32,500 nucleotides of DNA, taken from NCBI GenBank assembly GCA_039933435.1, contig JBDTOB010000002.1, positions 1 through 32,500 on the forward strand, in the 5' to 3' direction. Below are positions 29,891 through 32,500 of the stretch, piece by piece; the first letter of the stretch is position 1, and each line of letters begins with the position of its first letter. The DNA is from Acidobacteriota bacterium. Its GTDB lineage: Bacteria; Acidobacteriota; Vicinamibacteria; Vicinamibacterales; 2-12-FULL-66-21. The position numbers were made by a program, and so were the translations under genes. Under the pieces are notes generated by a model, which saw nothing but the letters and a program-made list of their open reading frames with translations, had not been told where the DNA came from and ran no database searches.

Positions 29891-30604
29891 TCAGCGCCGG
29901 GAGGGCCGCTGGCAGGTGTGGCGGGTCACGACCGCTTCGTGGTCGCACACTGCCAGCGCCGCAACGTGGGCGTCGATCGGCAGGTCGTAGACACGGCAGG
30001 CGCGGTCTTCCCCGCCGATCCCGAACGGGCCGGTCATCGTGCCTGCCCGCAGCCGTAACTGTCGCAGGTCCCCGGCGATACCCGTCCCGGTCGCCTTGAG
30101 ACAGGCCTCTTTCGCGGTCCAGCGCTCGAGCAGGGCGCGCACGGGATCCGCGGCTGCGGCGACCGCCTGCTGCTCCTCCTCCGAACAGCTCACGCGGGCG
30201 AGCCCCTGCAGATCCTGCAGCGGGCGGAGCCGCTCGAGGTCGACGCCGATGTCGATGCCGCGGGTCAGGGCAATCAGCGCCCGGTCTCCACTATGGGAAA
30301 CGCTGAAGCGCCAGTCGGCACCGGCATCATCGTCCAGCGCCGGTTTGCCGCGGGGTCCGTACCTGAATCGCACGGCCGCCGCACGCCGGCCCGAGGCCTC
30401 GGACAGCAGCTGCCGGAGCGCGATCCGGCACGCCGCGAACCGCCGACGGTCGGCATCGAACACGAACCGCTCGGCCCGGGCACGTTCGTCGGCCGCCAGG
30501 ACGTCCCAGTCCCCGGCTGTCGGGGCCCAGGCCTGCAGATCGACCTCGTAGACCTCGACCGTGGGCGTCGCGACGGTCCCCGTTACACGTCCGGCCGTTT
30601 GCAT
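29891..30604 (-). CDS. Sfp-type 4'-phosphopantetheinyl transferase
   Basis: YGPRGKPAL, FSVSHSGDRALIAL, IGVDLERL and WTAKEACLKATGTG match the conserved PPTase motifs in the correct order. 237 aa. Confidence 0.9.
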   Translation of the reverse strand: MQTAGRVTGTVATPTVEVYEVDLQAWAPTAGDWDVLAADERARAERFVFDADRRRFAACRIALRQLLSEASGRRAAAVRFRYGPRGKPALDDDAGADWRFSVSHSGDRALIALTRGIDIGVDLERLRPLQDLQGLARVSCSEEEQQAVAAAADPVRALLERWTAKEACLKATGTGIAGDLRQLRLRAGTMTGPFGIGGEDRACRVYDLPIDAHVAALAVCDHEAVVTRHTCQRPSRR

Positions 30605-30678
30605 AGGATAATCATCCGTGCTCCGTGCTCGCCGGCCGACGTGGACGGCTCGCCGCGGATGAAGCAGGTGTCGTCATC

Positions 30679-31422
30679 ATGAAGCTCACCGGACTCCTTC
30701 TTGCTGTGCTCCTCGGATTCGCTCCCCTTCCGCAGACGCAGCGGCGTCCCGCCACGGCAGCCCGCACCACCGGACAGGTGGCGCTGGCGGTGCGGGTCAG
30801 CGACCCTGCGGACGGTCCGATCGGCGGCGTCAAGGTGACGCTCGACGGTCCCACCCATCGTCAAGCGACAACCGAGGGAGGACGGATTGCGTTCGAGAAC
30901 CTGCCCGCCGGCACCTATCGTCTGCGGTTCGAGCGTGACGGATTCGTCACCCTGGAGCGCGAGGTGGTGGGGCGCGGCGGGACGCCGATCGACGTCAAGG
31001 TGACGCTGACGCCGGCGCCGGAGCCTCCCGCGCCGCCGCCCGCCGTGGCCCCGCCGCCGCCGCCGCCGCCAAGCGACGCCGCCCCGATCGCCCTGGATCT
31101 CCCGGCCTTCATCGAGAAGAACTATATCGGCCGTGACGCGCGGAAGATCTCGCCGCTCGGCTGTGCCGAGGACACCACCGCGACGCTCATCCAGCTCCAC
31201 GAGCCGCTGGCCGAGCACACCCATGCCACCGCTGAAGAATTCCTCTACGTGATTGCCGGCCAGGGCAGCGTCCGGATCGAGGCGCGTGACCAGGCGCTCA
31301 CCGCGGGGGTCTTCGTCCTGGTGCCGCGCGGCCTGTCCCACGCCGTCACGGTGTCGGGCAAAAGCCCGCTGGTGCTGCTGTCGATCCGTCCCGGTGAGGG
31401 TTGCGCGCCGCCGGCGCGCTGA
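30679..31422 (+). CDS. secreted two-domain protein: carboxypeptidase-regulatory-like beta-sandwich + Pro-rich linker + cupin
   Basis: Start at ATG 30679, within ORF 30625-31422. Signal peptide MKLTGLLLAVLLGFAPL. VKVTLDG...GGRIAFENLPAGTYRLRFERDGF. Linker PAPEPPAPPPAVAPPPPPPP. Cupin motifs HTHATAEEFLYVIAGQG and GVFVLVPRGLSHAV. Confidence 0.75.
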   Translation: MKLTGLLLAVLLGFAPLPQTQRRPATAARTTGQVALAVRVSDPADGPIGGVKVTLDGPTHRQATTEGGRIAFENLPAGTYRLRFERDGFVTLEREVVGRGGTPIDVKVTLTPAPEPPAPPPAVAPPPPPPPSDAAPIALDLPAFIEKNYIGRDARKISPLGCAEDTTATLIQLHEPLAEHTHATAEEFLYVIAGQGSVRIEARDQALTAGVFVLVPRGLSHAVTVSGKSPLVLLSIRPGEGCAPPAR

Positions 31423-31896
31423 TCATCGGCGCTTGCGCCGGCCGAGGCGCAAGACGATGTCGTATTCCGCCTTCGTCACCGGCTGCACCGAGAGACGGCT
31501 GCCTTTCCTGGTGACCACCATCTGCTCGAGCCCTGTGGTGGCCTTCAGGGTCGCGAGCGGGACTACCTCGGGGAACCGCTCGACGAAGGCGATATCGACC
31601 ATGACCCAGATTGGCGAGGCTTCGGAGCTCGCCTTGTCGAAGTACTTGTGCTCCCTGGTCCAGGCGAAATGGTCTGGGTAGCCCGGCCGGGCAATCTCGG
31701 CGAGGCCGGTCACGCCTGACGGATCGGCGTTCGAGGCGTAGAACAGCACGCCGTCGCCCTTCTGCATCTCGTCGCGCATCAGGTTGCGCGCCTGGTAGTT
31801 GCGCACCCCCTCCCAGCTCGCCTTGCCGTCCCGCTCGAGATCCTCGATCGTATAGGCGGCCGGTTCACACTTCATCAGCCAGTAGCGTCGCGGCAT
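31423..31896 (-). CDS. EVE (PUA-like, ASCH-related) domain protein
   Basis: MPRRYWLMKCEPAAYTIEDLERDGKASWEGVRNYQARNLMRDEMQKGDGVLFYAS... is the characteristic N-terminus of EVE-domain proteins. 157 aa. GGGGGAG lies upstream on the minus strand. Confidence 0.85.
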   Translation of the reverse strand: MPRRYWLMKCEPAAYTIEDLERDGKASWEGVRNYQARNLMRDEMQKGDGVLFYASNADPSGVTGLAEIARPGYPDHFAWTREHKYFDKASSEASPIWVMVDIAFVERFPEVVPLATLKATTGLEQMVVTRKGSRLSVQPVTKAEYDIVLRLGRRKRR

Positions 31897-31930
31897 GCGT
31901 CTCTCGCTCCCCCGATCCGGACGGCGCCGA

Positions 31931-32500
31931 TCAGAACCGCAGGTCGCGGAGGTAGGCGTAGCTGGCGGCGAGGCTCTCGAACGGCGCCTTGGCGACGTCG
32001 TGCTCGACGAAGTAGTGTTCGATGCCCGCCTCCGAGGCGTGCGAGAAGATCCGCTTCCAGTCGATGACGTCGCCGTGGCCGACGTCGGTGATCGCCGGCA
32101 GCAGTTGATCGATGGGGGCGGAGGCGCCGTTCGGGATCACCCTGGACAGCCCCTTGACGTGGACCAGCGGAAACCGTCCCGGGTACTTCTGGAAGTACTC
32201 GACCGGGTCCTTTCCTGCCGCTGAGATCCAGCAGAGATCGAGCTCCATCTTCACCAGCTTCGGATCGCAGGCCTTGAGCAGCTCGTCGTAGGGCAGCCGG
32301 CCGTCCACCGGCGCGAACTCGAAGTTGTGGTTGTGGTAGGCGAACTGGATGCCCGCCTTCCGGCTCGCTTCGCCGGCGCGGTTGAAGGTCTCGGCGATAC
32401 GCCCCCAGACGCCGGGCTCCTTGCGCATCGCCGGGTCGATCCACGGATTGACCAGGAACGTCTGGCCGATGGCGTTTGCGGCATCGAGCACCGCGGGCAG
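31931..32500 (-). CDS. sugar-phosphate isomerase/epimerase-type (xylose-isomerase-like TIM-barrel) protein, C-terminal part (5' end outside window)
   Basis: The frame is open to the window edge (no stop between 32491 and 32500). ...IQFAYHNHNFEF...MELDLCWI...FPLVHVKG...HYFVEHD... matches the metal-ligand pattern (H, D/E, H, E) of AP-endonuclease-2/xylose-isomerase-like TIM barrels. Confidence 0.75.
   Translation of the reverse strand: MPAVLDAANAIGQTFLVNPWIDPAMRKEPGVWGRIAETFNRAGEASRKAGIQFAYHNHNFEFAPVDGRLPYDELLKACDPKLVKMELDLCWISAAGKDPVEYFQKYPGRFPLVHVKGLSRVIPNGASAPIDQLLPAITDVGHGDVIDWKRIFSHASEAGIEHYFVEHDVAKAPFESLAASYAYLRDLRF

Noticed and set aside
1-32500. I scanned for tRNA/rRNA-like segments, CRISPR repeat-spacer arrays, IS/transposase or integrase genes, terminal inverted repeats, toxin-antitoxin pairs and classic defence genes.
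   Set aside because: None were found. Every ORF over 100 aa with a recognisable motif is accounted for above, and the intergenic regions are short (220 nt or less). This is a visual scan only. Covariance-model searches (tRNAscan/Infernal) were not run and would be needed to exclude small ncRNAs.

Overview
This is a very GC-rich chromosomal segment (about 70% G+C by eye, with third codon positions almost all G/C) from a diderm bacterium. I call 19 protein-coding genes. I found no rRNA, tRNA, CRISPR array, transposase or integrase. The blocks, left to right, are:
1. The 3' end of a SAM-dependent methyltransferase.
2. A tightly coupled three-gene exopolysaccharide-type module (728-4158): an outer-membrane beta-barrel, a membrane-anchored HEAT-repeat protein and a PgaC/IcaA-like processive GT2.
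3. A TolC / membrane-fusion / RND efflux operon behind a good sigma70-like promoter (4229-10501). The pump is unusually long.
4. Two tandem paralogous membrane-anchored di-haem CCP/MauG-like cytochromes on the minus strand (10488-13320).
5. A four-gene, translationally coupled redox module divergent from those cytochromes (13475-18857). It encodes a tetrahaem cytochrome c and a cytoplasmic fusion of two CAP-type sensor domains to a four-[4Fe-4S] ferredoxin. It also encodes a 5-TM protein with two HX14H helices (a di-haem b signature) and a membrane-anchored decahaem cytochrome split 6+4 by a 391-aa low-complexity spacer. This is my best candidate for an undescribed system: a ligand-gated transmembrane electron conduit with no catalytic subunit.
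6. Directly downstream on the same strand, a single-module FAAL-ACP-KS-AT-DH-KR-ACP megasynthase. It is translationally coupled to a UbiB/ABC1 atypical kinase and a type II thioesterase, and an Sfp-type PPTase lies nearby (18941-30604).
7. Two divergent small basic ORFs, a secreted cupin, an EVE-domain protein and the 3' part of a sugar-phosphate isomerase/epimerase-type TIM-barrel gene.
All functional calls rest on motif recognition by eye in the supplied translations. No database search or structure prediction was run.
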